Shown one piece after another: positions 1 through 12,425 of a stretch of 64,000 bases of DNA. The stretch spans positions 10,655,782 to 10,719,781 of the forward strand of contig NW_003526941.1 in assembly GCF_000181795.1 (NCBI RefSeq). Direction: 5' to 3'. The number at the start of each line of letters is the position of its first letter. The stretch's first letter is position 1. The notes under the pieces were generated by a model that was not told where the DNA came from, made no database searches, and saw only the letters and a list, made by a program, of their open reading frames with translations. A program made the position numbers and the translations under genes. This DNA comes from Trichinella spiralis (lineage: Eukaryota).

Positions 1-1924
1 TTCTACACCGGGTTGTAGAAATTCATTTTAAGCACAACCTCAACCGTGAATGATAATTGCTTCTTGCTAACCAGTTCAAACGGACCAGTCAAACCATATT
101 ACAACAAAGACGAATTACAAAGTGACAACAAATTGTACAATTTTTATTTATTTTTTAATTAATACATATGCAAATAATAATAAATATTTATGATCAATTC
201 AAGTTTGAGCAATTAAGCGCTTAAAATACAAAAACCAATATATATCAAATAAATAATTTATCAAAAATTGGAGAAAAAACAATTTTATAAAAAATTAACA
301 TATAGATAAGTCAAAAAAGGAGAAGAAAACTCTAATTGTTTCAATTTGTATAAATTATACAGTAAAAATTACAAAATAATTTATTTTAAGCTGAATGAAA
401 TAAATCAATAAAATCAAAGGAGGAAAAAAAAGAACAAATCGACTTGATGATTATTGAAATTGACAAAATGATTTAAGCTGTCATATCTAATTGAAAAGAA
501 TAATCAAATGTTCTAATCATTAACATGAATTGCACATCAAACAATTTTGTCACATTAAATGAAGGATGAAAGATGGAATAGTATTTAAATTTTAATAAAG
601 CAACAACAGTGGGAAATTATGAATTTTTAATAAAAACACTTTTTTGTCAAATATTTTCCCAGCTAAATGAAACTAGCCTGTGCAGTGGAAAAGCTTGCAA
701 ACGTGAATAACCAGTTGTTACGGTGTTGCAAATAATTTTGACTTAATAATCCGCTAATAGCGTTAAACTTACCGTTCGGCAAATGTCAAATAAACGAGAA
801 CAAATAGACTGCGCAAAAATTTAATGATCCAACGAAAACAATTATTAAAGCTAAAAATGATTTCTGATTTTTGAAGAAAAAAATTTTTTTCAATTCATTT
901 AACAACTCGCATGATTACAAACAATGCTTTATTTGATTATGTTTGCATTATTTATTGTTCATCATTCAAATTATTCTAATACAATAGCAAAACTAAAATT
1001 ATCAATGTTGAACTAACTGTTCATGCCAGATGTGCAATTTTCACAAATTTCACAACCGCACATCCAAGTGAACCAAAAGCTTACGCAAAATATCATTGCT
1101 ATGTTTTTCTCGATTGAAATGCAAAATTGAAAAAAATCAAAAATTGATAAACAAAAATTCACACAAAATTAACCACAAACAAATCATAACTCTATACACG
1201 CGTGTTTGGATTTGCAAAGAACTTCACAATAAAAAAATATACACTTTTAAAATGATTGATAATAATCGAATTGAAATTAGCATCGTGGAAAATTAGCATT
1301 ATCAAATAATTAGATACAGAAATGATTATTCCGCCTTGTTTGTTCATTACGATGACCGTTTCTGATCAAACAGAACGCTCGTAATTATAACAATCACAAA
1401 ATGTTGCTCATCAGTGATATGAAAAAAGGAGACAGGGAGAGAGAAAAAGGATAAATTATTTCAACTATTACTCACCACAAATAAACAGATAAAAATGAAA
1501 TGACAAACTTATAATAAACAATTTCACCAATCAAATGCCATCATCATTACAATGAGTCATTTATAAATTGTATTATAAGGTAATGTCAATGAATTGTAAT
1601 AATAATAATGCTGTACATATAAGCATGTATGTAGAAGACAACAGAAAATGTAGGTTATGATAAATTTGGTAAAGAAAACGAGTTCACTTTTCAAAAAGCA
1701 TCATTGTCATTATTGAAAAAATAAAGTTGAGAAGAGGGACTGACTGACTGATCAATCAAACAGCTTCCAAATAAATTAGAAAAAAAAATTTTTAATATAA
1801 AAAGAAAACCTTGACATGAATATTTTAATTAAAAAGAGAAACAAAACAATTATTATCACTACTGATTGCAATTAATTCAGTTATTTAAAATTCTGCTCTT
1901 TTTTAAATTTAAATTACCACTCAC

Positions 1925-2015
1925 CACTTTTATTGGCAACAGAAGATATTTGTATACGGGATATGTCGTCGAGGCCGGGTGAACGCTTAAAATATGCCGA
2001 AGCGTTTGTAGTCAT
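1925..2015 (-). CDS. Possible first coding exon of a gene running off the left edge of the window
   Basis: Minus strand reads ATG...MTTNASAYFKRSPGLDDISRIQISSVANKS, then a G|GTGAGT donor at 1924. GC content is higher than the flanks. No recognisable domain. Confidence 0.25.
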
Positions 2016-2079
2016 CGAGTCATTGATTGCACAATCTCAGTTTCTGATCATTTTGCAATTGCAGCTTTTCAGAATTGAC

Positions 2080-2080
<1 letters not shown>

Positions 2081-2118
<38 letters not shown>

Positions 2119-2119
2119 C
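2081..2119. repeat. (CAA)n microsatellite
   Basis: Uninterrupted aac/caa tandem run. Confidence 0.95.
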
Positions 2120-3882
2120 CGCATCATCGAAGAATACGAATAATATTAAAATGATATTGGTAGGTAAACAGGCAATTTTGCTGGTCACAGTATTCAACGT
2201 TGATCGGGTGTGTTTCGAAAAAGGAAAAGCTTATGAAATAAATTTAACATAAACAAACAACGAAACAGAAACAAAAATTTACATGCAAAATATTTTGAAT
2301 AGCAAAAACGACGACGCAGTTTTGAACGGTTGTCGTTTAAATTCTCCGATTGATTGTTTCTGATTGCAAGCATACAACAAAAACAGACAATGTTCAACAT
2401 TACAATTATCTGCTGCGAAAGCAAACAAATCCAACCGATTACTATTTTCCATTAAGAGATCATTACATGCAGCAAAATAAATACATAGTAACCAACCGTA
2501 CATTTGCACAATTACCAATTTATCAGTTGAATAGAAGACAAAAACAACAGCAACAAAAAACCATCATCAAATTTACAGTTGAACAATTTCAATAGAATTT
2601 TATTTATTATTATTATAAAAAGTTAATTACTGATATATGCAAATCGAAGAGAAATAAACAACACTTGAACCAAGATACGACAAAAAATAACCAGCCCAAT
2701 ACGAAAAACTATACGGATAATACGAAAGTTGGATAAACAATTGAAATCAACCGTTGTTTACACAACAACAACAACAAAGAAGTAGTCAATTAAAAGTCCA
2801 GATTGAATTTTTCAACTCACTAATAATTATGTATATTTTTTTCTCACAGTTTCAGATAGATTTTTAAATGACGTCATTGAAACAAAAATTTCTATTTACA
2901 TGAAAACTAATCCATACTGTATTTATTATTATTACTGCTTTTTGTTTTTGACAAATAAAATTTTCATACTGAAAACAACGGTAGTTGGACATTTGCATTT
3001 GAAAATTTTCAAAAACATTTTTCAAATTCACACCAACTGCGTCAAAATTCACCAGCAAAATTATCGACAAACTGTTCTGTTGTGACCAAGTGGACAGACA
3101 GTACGGAATCATTATTTGTATTATAATGAACATTGATTTTGCGAACAAATTGACATCATCAATGACGAATAAAAATACGACCATGTTCAATGAGCAATTT
3201 TCCCACCAAGGTGGCAAATTATTTGAACATTGTCAAAATTTTTACAATTTTATAATACAATAAGGTTGTGAAATTTATTGGTAAAAATTATCTGACGAAC
3301 AAAAAGAAACAACATCAAACATTTATCTTGTGATTGAACAAAAATTATCAAAATTCATTAAATTTATAAAACATGCATAAAATTATATTTTAAAAATTTT
3401 AAGAAAATCAAAATCTTTTGCAACAATAATAAAATTGGTGGTTAGATAAAAATCGGACCGATGTTGTTGGAATCATAATCGACTTGTCATAATTATATTC
3501 AATTCGATTAAATCAAAGACTTTCATCAACGGAAATGTACAAATTCGCATAATTATGACGCCCACCGACGGAAACAAGTTCTCCCATTTCACTTTTTCGC
3601 AATTTCAAAATTCAATAACAATTTCTAGGTCATTCAGTTATTTTTACCGTTTTATTAAATGACAACTGACATCTCTAAATAATAAATAATACAATTTTAT
3701 CAATTGGCAAATGATTAAAAGTAGATAAAGGGAAAATTTACTACCAACAATCACTCAATTCCAACTTATTGATCAAAAGTGCGATAACTTTTCACGTTCA
3801 TTGGAAAAAAGATATTCTTGTATAAAATAAACATTTGCTGTTTCTTTTTCCTATACGCAGTTTCGGCACTTCATTTAAGCAT

Positions 3883-4381
3883 TTAAACTAACACTGGATT
3901 AAAAGCACTATCGTCTGAAATGTGACTAACAACTTCACATCGGCAGAAATTAAACATGCCAATCATATAAAATATTAATCTACTTTCATTTCTTTATACA
4001 AAATTAGTGAAATAAATAAAACCATACCTCGAACAGAAATTATCAGTTCTTCATCATTATATATGCCAAGTACGTGCAAAACATCTTCTGAATTCAGTGG
4101 CGAATGATCATGAAATCTCAGTACAAATTCTTCGTCTTTTTCACTGTGACCAGTTCGATATGCATATGCATTGATCACGTCTCTCACTTTAAAATCACTG
4201 TCCACTTCCAACGATACGGATGATTCGTTGTAAAACAGCGACTTGATAAATACCCGCAACGGTAGTGAAGCATCAGCTCCGGCAGAATGAACCAATTCTA
4301 ACAATGCGCACCAGTTAATGTGAGCGAAAAGAGATTACGAAAAAAAATAATTTGCATACTGCTGTCAGACCGACAGTTCAT
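3883..4381 (-). CDS. Small ubiquitin-like (beta-grasp) domain protein, 3 exons, no C-terminal GG
   Basis: Phase-compatible GT-AG introns join MNCRSDS|KLVHSAGADASLPLRVFIKSLFYNESSVSLEVDSDFKVRDVINAYAYRTGHSEKDEEFVLRFHDHSPLNSEDVLHVLGIYNDEELIISVR|DDSAFNPVLV*. The pattern (VFIKS..., LEVD.DFKVRDV, L.F....L..E..L..LGI...EELII) matches the ubiquitin fold. Confidence 0.6.
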
Positions 4382-5405
4382 TGGTCAGAGTGTGGAATAA
4401 CCACAAAACAGCACAACATATCCAGAATCAACAAAATGGCAGTAGCTTTTTCACTAAAATAAGCAACAGAACATCTTCAAGCGTGTTGAAAATATTTTCA
4501 AATCGAGCATACAACGCAGTCATTACAAACGGCCCGTTAGCATTTAAGAACGATAAAACTATTCTTTCGCAAGATACGCCTTATTTAGTCAATGGCGAAA
4601 ACTTTCAACCAAATATAACGGCAAGAACTGCCGGCAAGTGCAACTTAATTTATGAGAAAAGACATGAATGAAACAACATCATCCACAACTAAACAATAAA
4701 GCTTAAATATACAAATGCGCATCATGAAAGTCAAACAAAAAATCTGTTTTTTAATGTAAAAAATTAAAGCCAAAAACAAAGAAAAAACAAAAAAAATGAA
4801 TCGTTAATAAAGTGGAAAATTATTTACGTAAAATGACTTTTCATAATTGCAAAATACACTAATTATAGCAAAATCAAAATGTCACATTTTTTCAAAGCAC
4901 AAACAATGATCAATTCAAACATGTTTTTTTTGTTATTATTACAGTTACTGATTGTCAAGACTATCGAAATGGAAATCAGTTTCAAAATTTGAAAAAAAAT
5001 TATGTTGCAAAAATAAATAATCAAGTTTCACTTTAAAAATGCTTCAGTTGTATAAAGTGAACATTAGTTTACAATTTTCATCAAACATTCTTTAGACAAT
5101 GGTAATTTACCAAATTTATATTACTGTAGAATTTATAACTTAAATAACTTGAATTGCATTAATTGTTTTTTTTATTTTATAAAAGTACATTATGATTAAA
5201 ATAATATATAAAATGTGATATATTTAGCAAGTAATAAAGGGAACATTACATGCAATTCAAAATTTTCTATAGTATTGGTGCTTTTCATTAACGTTTTAGG
5301 ACTATTTTTTTCATTTCCTGTTTTCGTATTTTCTTAAAGAAAAGTACAAATAAGCATTCTACTGAAATTAATATTTATTTAAACGATAAAAATTACAAAA
5401 AAAAT

Positions 5406-6423
5406 TCAGCTTATCGAATCAATCAACTGCAATCCAAAATCGACCAAATAAACACTGACATTATGGTGGTGGATGGCAGTCAAGGCGATGTCCGCAGCAC
5501 TGGGATCGTTGTTATTGATCGCCAAGACGAAGGACTTCAAATGAAGATAAATTTCCACGCTGATAATGTAAGAATCGTTGGGCAAAAGTGAACCTTGGCA
5601 TGACGACAAAAGTGCCTCGTCCGTTTCATCTGAATAACGTTGCAAAACCCGCTTTTCGAAATCGTTCATTTCACTTTTGATCGGCTTCAACGCTAATAAA
5701 AGCATGACAGTAATAATTTCCAGCTCATTCAAATGCAGTTTCCTGAAACCGCTGTTCGGCCACGATTCGACGATTTGCCTGTAAAAGTTTGAAGTTTGTC
5801 TTGCATCGGCCAAAAATCCAACCGACGTCTCCACGCACAGTTTCCAACGTAGGGCGTGTCCAACAGCGTGCGGATGAGTGTCCAGAAGATGTATCGCTTT
5901 TTCGAAATTCTGTATCGCATCTTCGGGATGTTGCATACAGGCTAGCTCTTTGCCAAGTTCGATTAATAACGAAGCGGCTAACAGCTTCTGTCCTTGGGAC
6001 AAATGCAATCTGAAATCCACAATGACAATTTGTCATGGTTTACCTTTACTGCACCATTGCCTACCGGATTGCTTCATTGTAGCAATGCATTGCCATGTAA
6101 AGGCATTCCATGGAAAGTCGATTTTCAACAGATTCTTTCTCCTTCTCCGCACGTATGTACAGTCGACCAGCTGTTCTATATTCGACTGCCTCTTGGTCAA
6201 TATTGCCCAGTTGATTTTTACACTTTGCCATGTTCATCCTGCACAAAGCTGAGTATTCGGTACAATTTTCGTCCAACAACCGACTCGCCAACGCGTCGTA
6301 ATCTTTGACTACTTCGGCCAAATTTGGGGAACGGAATGCCCGTTTACGAAGTTTCCCCTTTATGGATACAAATGTCTGCCATGGGTCCACGTACAGTTCT
6401 GTTCCGAATTCATCCAAAGTCAT
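5406..6423 (-). CDS. F8A1: 40-kDa huntingtin-associated protein (HAP40 / F8A1 homolog), 2 exons
   Basis: KLRKRAFRSPNLAEVVKDYDALASRLLDENCTEYSALCRMNMAKC resembles the HAP40 N-terminus (LKKRFLRKPNVAEA...YAAWCQLAVARC). A 55-nt GT-AG intron at 6010-6064 joins the two ORF-track frames. Confidence 0.8.
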
Positions 6424-6556
6424 TTCTATTCTTAAACATTCAATTTCAACTACTGAAAACAATTATATTAAACTGAAAAAACAGAAAAATACAAATAACT
6501 GTGGATTAATACCTACATGCGGTCAATTGAAAATTTTAATGCAACATAAATGTCAT

Positions 6557-7210
6557 TTATTTATTTTCATTAATGCTACAATCTAATACAGATACGCTGT
6601 TTTTCAACGCAGTGTTGTAATATTCTTGTTCAGCTTCTTGAAGGTAAAATGTCATTTCTTCTTTGACGGCGATCAATTTATCACGAAATTCCCTTTGAGT
6701 TATTTGGCTATGGACGGCAGCGGTAGTAATGGATTCGTTGATGTAAGCGAAATCGTTTAAAATAAGAAACTGTTTCAAATCGGTGACCATTTTTATCAAC
6801 GCTTCAGCAGCGTGAGTCTGCAAAAATTGGAAAGTTTCATAATTCAGCAGAATGCATTTAAACAAAAAAAAAACAAATTTATACCATGTTAGCTGCACGG
6901 ATTTGCATTTCAAAAAGCTCATGCTCATATTCAGTAAGACGACTTACTTGACCTTCTTCCCCTACCTGAAAAACAATATTTCAAAAAATTAAATTCAAAA
7001 TTATTTCAGAAAAGTTAAAAATTTAAATTTAGAAGCTAAAAACAAATATATACATAAATAAATGAATGAAAAAGGAAAACATACCTTTGCCATTCGAATG
7101 ATTTCAGTGAAGTTTTCACGGATAGATTTCACGCTACGCTGTAAAAGAACCTGATATTCTTTCAAAAGCATAGCTTTACGCGCATTAATGTTCTTTCGTC
7201 CTTCATCCAT
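6557..7210 (-). CDS. MED22: Mediator of RNA polymerase II transcription subunit 22
   Basis: Three exons give LLKEYQVLLQRSVKSIRENFTEIIRMAK|VGEEGQVSRLTEYEHELFEMQIRAANM|THAAEALIKMVTDLKQFLILNDF, the Med22/Surf5 signature. Confidence 0.9.
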
Positions 7211-7767
7211 TCTTTATTTCTTATCAGTCGCCTAAAAAGGATAAATAAACATACAATTTTTTTAGTACTAAGCCACAATATTAATATTTATTCATAATAT
7301 GTTTAAAGAAAATTATTTCGCAGAATGCATGATTAGCATAATGCACACTATCAAACTGACAAAATTGTTTCTTAAAGGAAAACTTGTTCAAAAAAGGTAT
7401 TACCATCATATCTGTACAAATTTAAACAACTTTAATGTTTATTATTAAAAAATCGTTTCCATAAATACTAAAAAACTGCAATAAATCATACAATAAAATT
7501 GAAACCATATTACAGTATTGTCATACTGTAACTTGGAAAGTTTGAATAATGCGTCTAAAGCAAATTAATTGTACGTCGCTTTCAATTTTGCCATTTTACC
7601 TTCAGTTCAATAAGAAAAAAATGGTTTTTATATTAACAAATATTTATATGATTCTCATTTTTTAACTTACGTTGTTTGCTTGTACAAGCAGGCAGGCACC
7701 GTTTGGTCAGTTGATTTTAATTGGCATTCAGTTTAAGGAAAACAAAAGATCGTTTCTCACATATTTT

Positions 7768-8894
7768 CTACAATGAATGAATTGCAGAAACGATTATTTG
7801 TTCAAGTGCGTCCGTGTCAAACGGTATTCCTGTAAACAATGCGGCTTCGCTGAAAGCATCAGAAACTTGGTTTTTCTTAATCAATTCGATTCGCTCTATT
7901 AGTCCATGGACAACAGTGACTCGTAATCGACATTCAAATTGACTTCTTGGCCGAAGCACACGGTCGAGAACAAATTTCGGTGACTGACCAAATCGCCAAT
8001 TCCAGCTTTTCAATTGTTCAACATTATCAGATATATTCACAAAATGACCATCATCGACGTGTAAAACATTTTCCACTTGACACGACTGAACAAAAAATTT
8101 TTTTAATCATTTTCATACGTCTTCATTTTATTAAAATCATACTTCATAATTTCTGGCAAAATCTTCAACGACTGCTTCTACAAGTTGGTCATAATCCAAT
8201 TCGGGTTGAAATTGCCGGAGAGATATGACCGAAGAACGTCGACTCTCTGTAGCATTTGTCAAAACTCCGCGCTAAAAAAATAAACATAACTCTTTATTTG
8301 TCTCAAAATAAGAATAATAAATATAATACGATATTGGAATTCAAAGCAAGAGAAAGTCGTTTCAAGTTTACATCCAGCATGACAGTCAAATGATGATAAG
8401 CTGCATTTGAAGTCAATTTTGCAGCCGTACCAGATATCTGAAATCAACTTGTCAGTATTTAAACAATTGTTGTATGAAATAATCTGTCACAAATTCACTT
8501 TATGCCCGCAAAGAAGCAAATCGTGTTTGTCATTGATAGCAAGTTGCAGGCCGGTGATCCGTTCGACAGTTTGACGTACGAGAGACAAATTCTTCAGTCG
8601 ATTGTAACGCTTGTTTGTTGTCAAAAATGATACATTCATATTTTGCATATCATGATATACTGTCCCTCCGCCGCTATGGCGCCGGGCTAGATCAACACCT
8701 GCTTCTTTTACCCATTCCAAGTTGACTTCTAACCAAGGATTTTGATGACGACCAATCACTACTGCCGGACGGTTTCGCCAAATCAACAAGCCGTCTCTGT
8801 TACTGAAATCACCGTTCAAAAGGAGCCAATGCTCGAAAGCAAGATTCTCGAATATGCAAGTACTTTTCGAAAGCCATACTACAGCTTTGCGCAT
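7768..8894 (-). CDS. LIPT1: Mitochondrial lipoyltransferase 1 (LplA family)
   Basis: Motifs NLAFEHWL, WRNRPAVVIGRHQNPWLE, RRHSGGGTVYHD, KISGTAA, TNATESRRS and W.WRFGQSPKF across 4 exons. Confidence 0.9.
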
Positions 8895-9056
8895 ATTATA
8901 CCTAATGTTTTTTTTCTTCAAAAAATGCAATCTCGCAATAAAATTTTCACAATATGCAATTTGCATTCATAAAAAAGAAAAGCACAACAAATGATGAAAA
9001 AGTTTCACTGTATCAAAATTTTTTATTCTATTTAAAACAAATATCATATTAAAATA

Positions 9057-10607
9057 TTAAATTTGCAATTCTCCCAGAAATATCTTTTTGTCACTTCCTG
9101 CGGACAAAACTATAAGAAACAAGCAAGTTTAGTAAAAAAATCACTGCTAATTATTTTCGAAACTTACCTATTGGTTCACATGGATGAAAAGCAGTAACAT
9201 TTACTGAACCAAAATGTCCTGGGAGTTTATATTGAACGCGGCGTGAATTCAGATCCCAAATATATACAAAACGATCCGCTGATCCGGACGATGCTTTCAT
9301 TCCATCAGGTGACCAAGCGCAACGAAGCAAATTCTACAACAATTCTCACCATATTTCTATTCTTTCTTTCTGTTGGGATAATTTTTCACGTTACCTTTTC
9401 AAAATTATGCTGAGCGCCCTGCAAAACAGCAACGCAACGATTTACTGGCGCAAATGGTCGTATATCCCAAATTCGAACTGAAAACGAACCAAATATAAAT
9501 CTTGACCATGTTAAATAAAATAAACAATTCACCTGTGCAGTCCATTGCATTTGACAATACGTGAGAACCATCAGGACTCAAGCTGAGTCCAGTGACGGTA
9601 TCACCATGGCCACGGAGTGTAAACATTGGTGACTCTTTGCGGATATCCCAAATCTGAATGCATTTTTTACAAGTATTCGCATTAAAATATTATGAAATAT
9701 AAAATTACAGTATGAATTGCTAAATAAACTTGCATTTCCAAATACGGTGCTTATTTTTTAACTGTCTTCCCCTTAACAAATAAGAAAATAAAAAAGTGAT
9801 ACATCTTTGGAAAAAAAATTCTAGAATATTCATTATGAATAATTATCTACCTTGAGATCATTTTCAATGCCACCAGAAACAATTTGTTCCGCAGTGTCAT
9901 TGAAAGTTACTGCTGTGACTTGATATACATTTTCAAACGAATAAATGCACTTTTTCTGGCGTCTATCCCAAACTTTAATCGTGCCATCATCACTGCCTGA
10001 GCAGACAAGCTGCGGACCACGTCTGGCTGGATGGCATGAATTGACAAATGAAGTGTGACCTTTGAAATTTCGAATGCAGACACCAGTCTCCATATCCCAA
10101 AGGCGCACTGTTTTGTCAGTTGAACAAGTGAACAGCACACTATGAAAATAATATCACAGAAATAAATTTCGTGTTATACAATTTCTAAATGAATATTATT
10201 ACTCATTGTCTGCAGAAAAGTGGAGTTCCATAATGGCGCCATTGTGTCCACTGAGTAATGCAAAATTTTCACATTCTCCGTACACATTCCAAAGAACTGA
10301 ATACAAACTCAGATCATTTTCAAGTATAATTCGCAACCCTTATTACATACAGATTTTTTGATCGAAACCGCCGGATGCCAACATCGTACCATCGTAGCTA
10401 AATGCTGCAGCATAAATCTCTCCTTCATGACCTATTAGTGACATGATGGGAGCCATCAAATGAGAAGATCGTTTCTGTTCCTGAAACAATGACCATATAA
10501 GAAATGTAAATCAAAATAAAAAAAAATAAAACCTCAGACTGACGAACAACTTCATGCGGTTTCGATGGACGAGCGATTGCCACAGCATTTCCTGGATGAT
10601 TCATCAT
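9057..10607 (-). CDS. SNRNP40: U5 snRNP 40 kDa WD40 protein
   Basis: WD40 repeats with CHPARRGPQLVCSGSDDGTIKVWD, GHGDTVTGLSLSPDGSHVLSNAMD, QGAQHNFEK and terminal LSAGSDKKIFLGE; multiple short GT-AG introns. Confidence 0.92.
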
Positions 10608-10734
10608 AGTGCTGAAAATCTAACTTTATGTTACATTCATCAGATTATTTTCACTTTGAAATACATTAAGATGACAGTAACGCAACTGTAAACATACAAA
10701 AAAAATGATACAAATACAGATATTTTAATAATTA

Positions 10735-11958
10735 TTATTGTAATTCCATAACAGGTCGAGAAAGCTTTGCATTCAATTTTTCATTTGTTGCAGCAAATCC
10801 AGTGCCACCACGCTGAAGTAAAATAATATCTTTATCCGTCAGCTTTCTACCATTAAATGGATCAATCATGTCTTTTTTAACAACTTTTTCCAAAGCCGAC
10901 ACTGTGATTACATTTCCTCTAAAAGCAGCAGAATTAGATAACACGTATAATTTAAAACAGTAAATAAAAAGGGAAAATACGAAGTTTTCAAAACAGCACA
11001 GGGAACAGAATTTGTCAGAATGTCACCAGTGAGAGCGCACACGTAAACATCCTTACACATGAAATGACAAATTTAATCAAACGAACTAACAATTTAAATT
11101 TCTTAGATTAAAAAACTGCATCTACTGAAATATCTGATGCACATCTTTCTTGAATTACCTTCTTTGTAAAAACTTCAGATTCTTTAATACCATTGGCCAC
11201 GGTAAATTTGATGTGCGTCAAATTTTTCATCTTTAACTCCTTACCAGTAACTGGACATAGTACTTTCGTATCTGGTTTTTCAACAGCACTTTCCTTTGCC
11301 ATTTCAGACCCAGGAACCCAAAAGCTTCGAGATTTTTGATTTCCTAATCCCGTCGATGTTGTTGCTAAACTGCTGTCATCTTCAACATTCATCCGACGAG
11401 CAGGTGTAGCTTCTGATGCTACAAATTTTCGCACTTGCTTATTATACTCTGCATTCTGCATTTCAACTTCCTCTTGCTAAACGAAGAATATATTTAGAAA
11501 TTACAAATTACAACATAAATGAATAATACAAAAAGTTCAAAAAAACTAATATTCTTCTCACGTATAATTTATTATCGTTTATGTTAATTATATAAAAATA
11601 ATAAAAATCAACTGACCTGTTTTTTTTCCAAATAATTAGCATATAATTTACTTTTTCGAGCAATTTCCTTTTTCTGATGCAAGATGTACTTCAGAATAGC
11701 TTCGTATTCAAACAAATATCCATCCTGACTAAAAGAAAGACTACAATTGCATTTATTCGAACTATATCTTTAAACGACAAACTTTACGACTGGGTCTTTG
11801 CAGCGTTGCAAAGTTAAGGAACAGCAGTCGAAGTCTTTTAAAGCAGCCTTTTCCAAGCGTTCTTCGAGTGTGCCATAACCAGAAGCTTTCTGATCTTTTT
11901 TTCGTTCATGATAGGAATAAACTGTTGAAGCAGTAGCATTTTTCTGATGCCGTGTCAT
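10735..11958 (-). CDS. NOSIP: Nitric oxide synthase-interacting protein (split U-box/RING)
   Basis: N-terminus MTRHQKNATASTVYSYHERKKD...GYGT, DFDCCSLTLQ.CKDPV, CPVTGKELK, and C-terminal LQRGGTGFAATN. Confidence 0.92.
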
Positions 11959-12425
11959 TTTATTCAGTAAAATGAATATTCACACCATGAGAATGCAATA
12001 CCAACAATTCAGAAAAAATTTTTTAAATCAAAAAACTGCAGTAAACTGTAGACTACAGGACATACAGTATCCTATGATGTACTTTACCTAATTTTCAAAA
12101 TCACAATAGTGGAACAATTTAAAAAAATATTAATTATGAATTTTTATTTGTAATTTGGTTTAAATTATACATATTTTTGCTTAAAAAATTTTATTATATA
12201 AAATTGGTATCTACTCTCTATTTCAGATAAAAATAATTTAGTTGGTTTGAATTGAAATATGCGTGAATAACATAAATAATATGGTAGATATAATATTAGT
12301 ATTATTCATGCAACAATTATAATTTGTTTTTTATTAACTAAATTTCACAGACTTTATTATTTTTTACAGAAAGTACAGTAAATACGTTTTAAATTTAAAA
12401 AAAGGACACTGTCATTGTTCTCGAA

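Noticed and set aside
2194..3217. Short ORFs, some hydrophobic, in the first 3.3 kb
   Set aside because: Low-complexity AT-rich translations with no consistent splice structure or motif.
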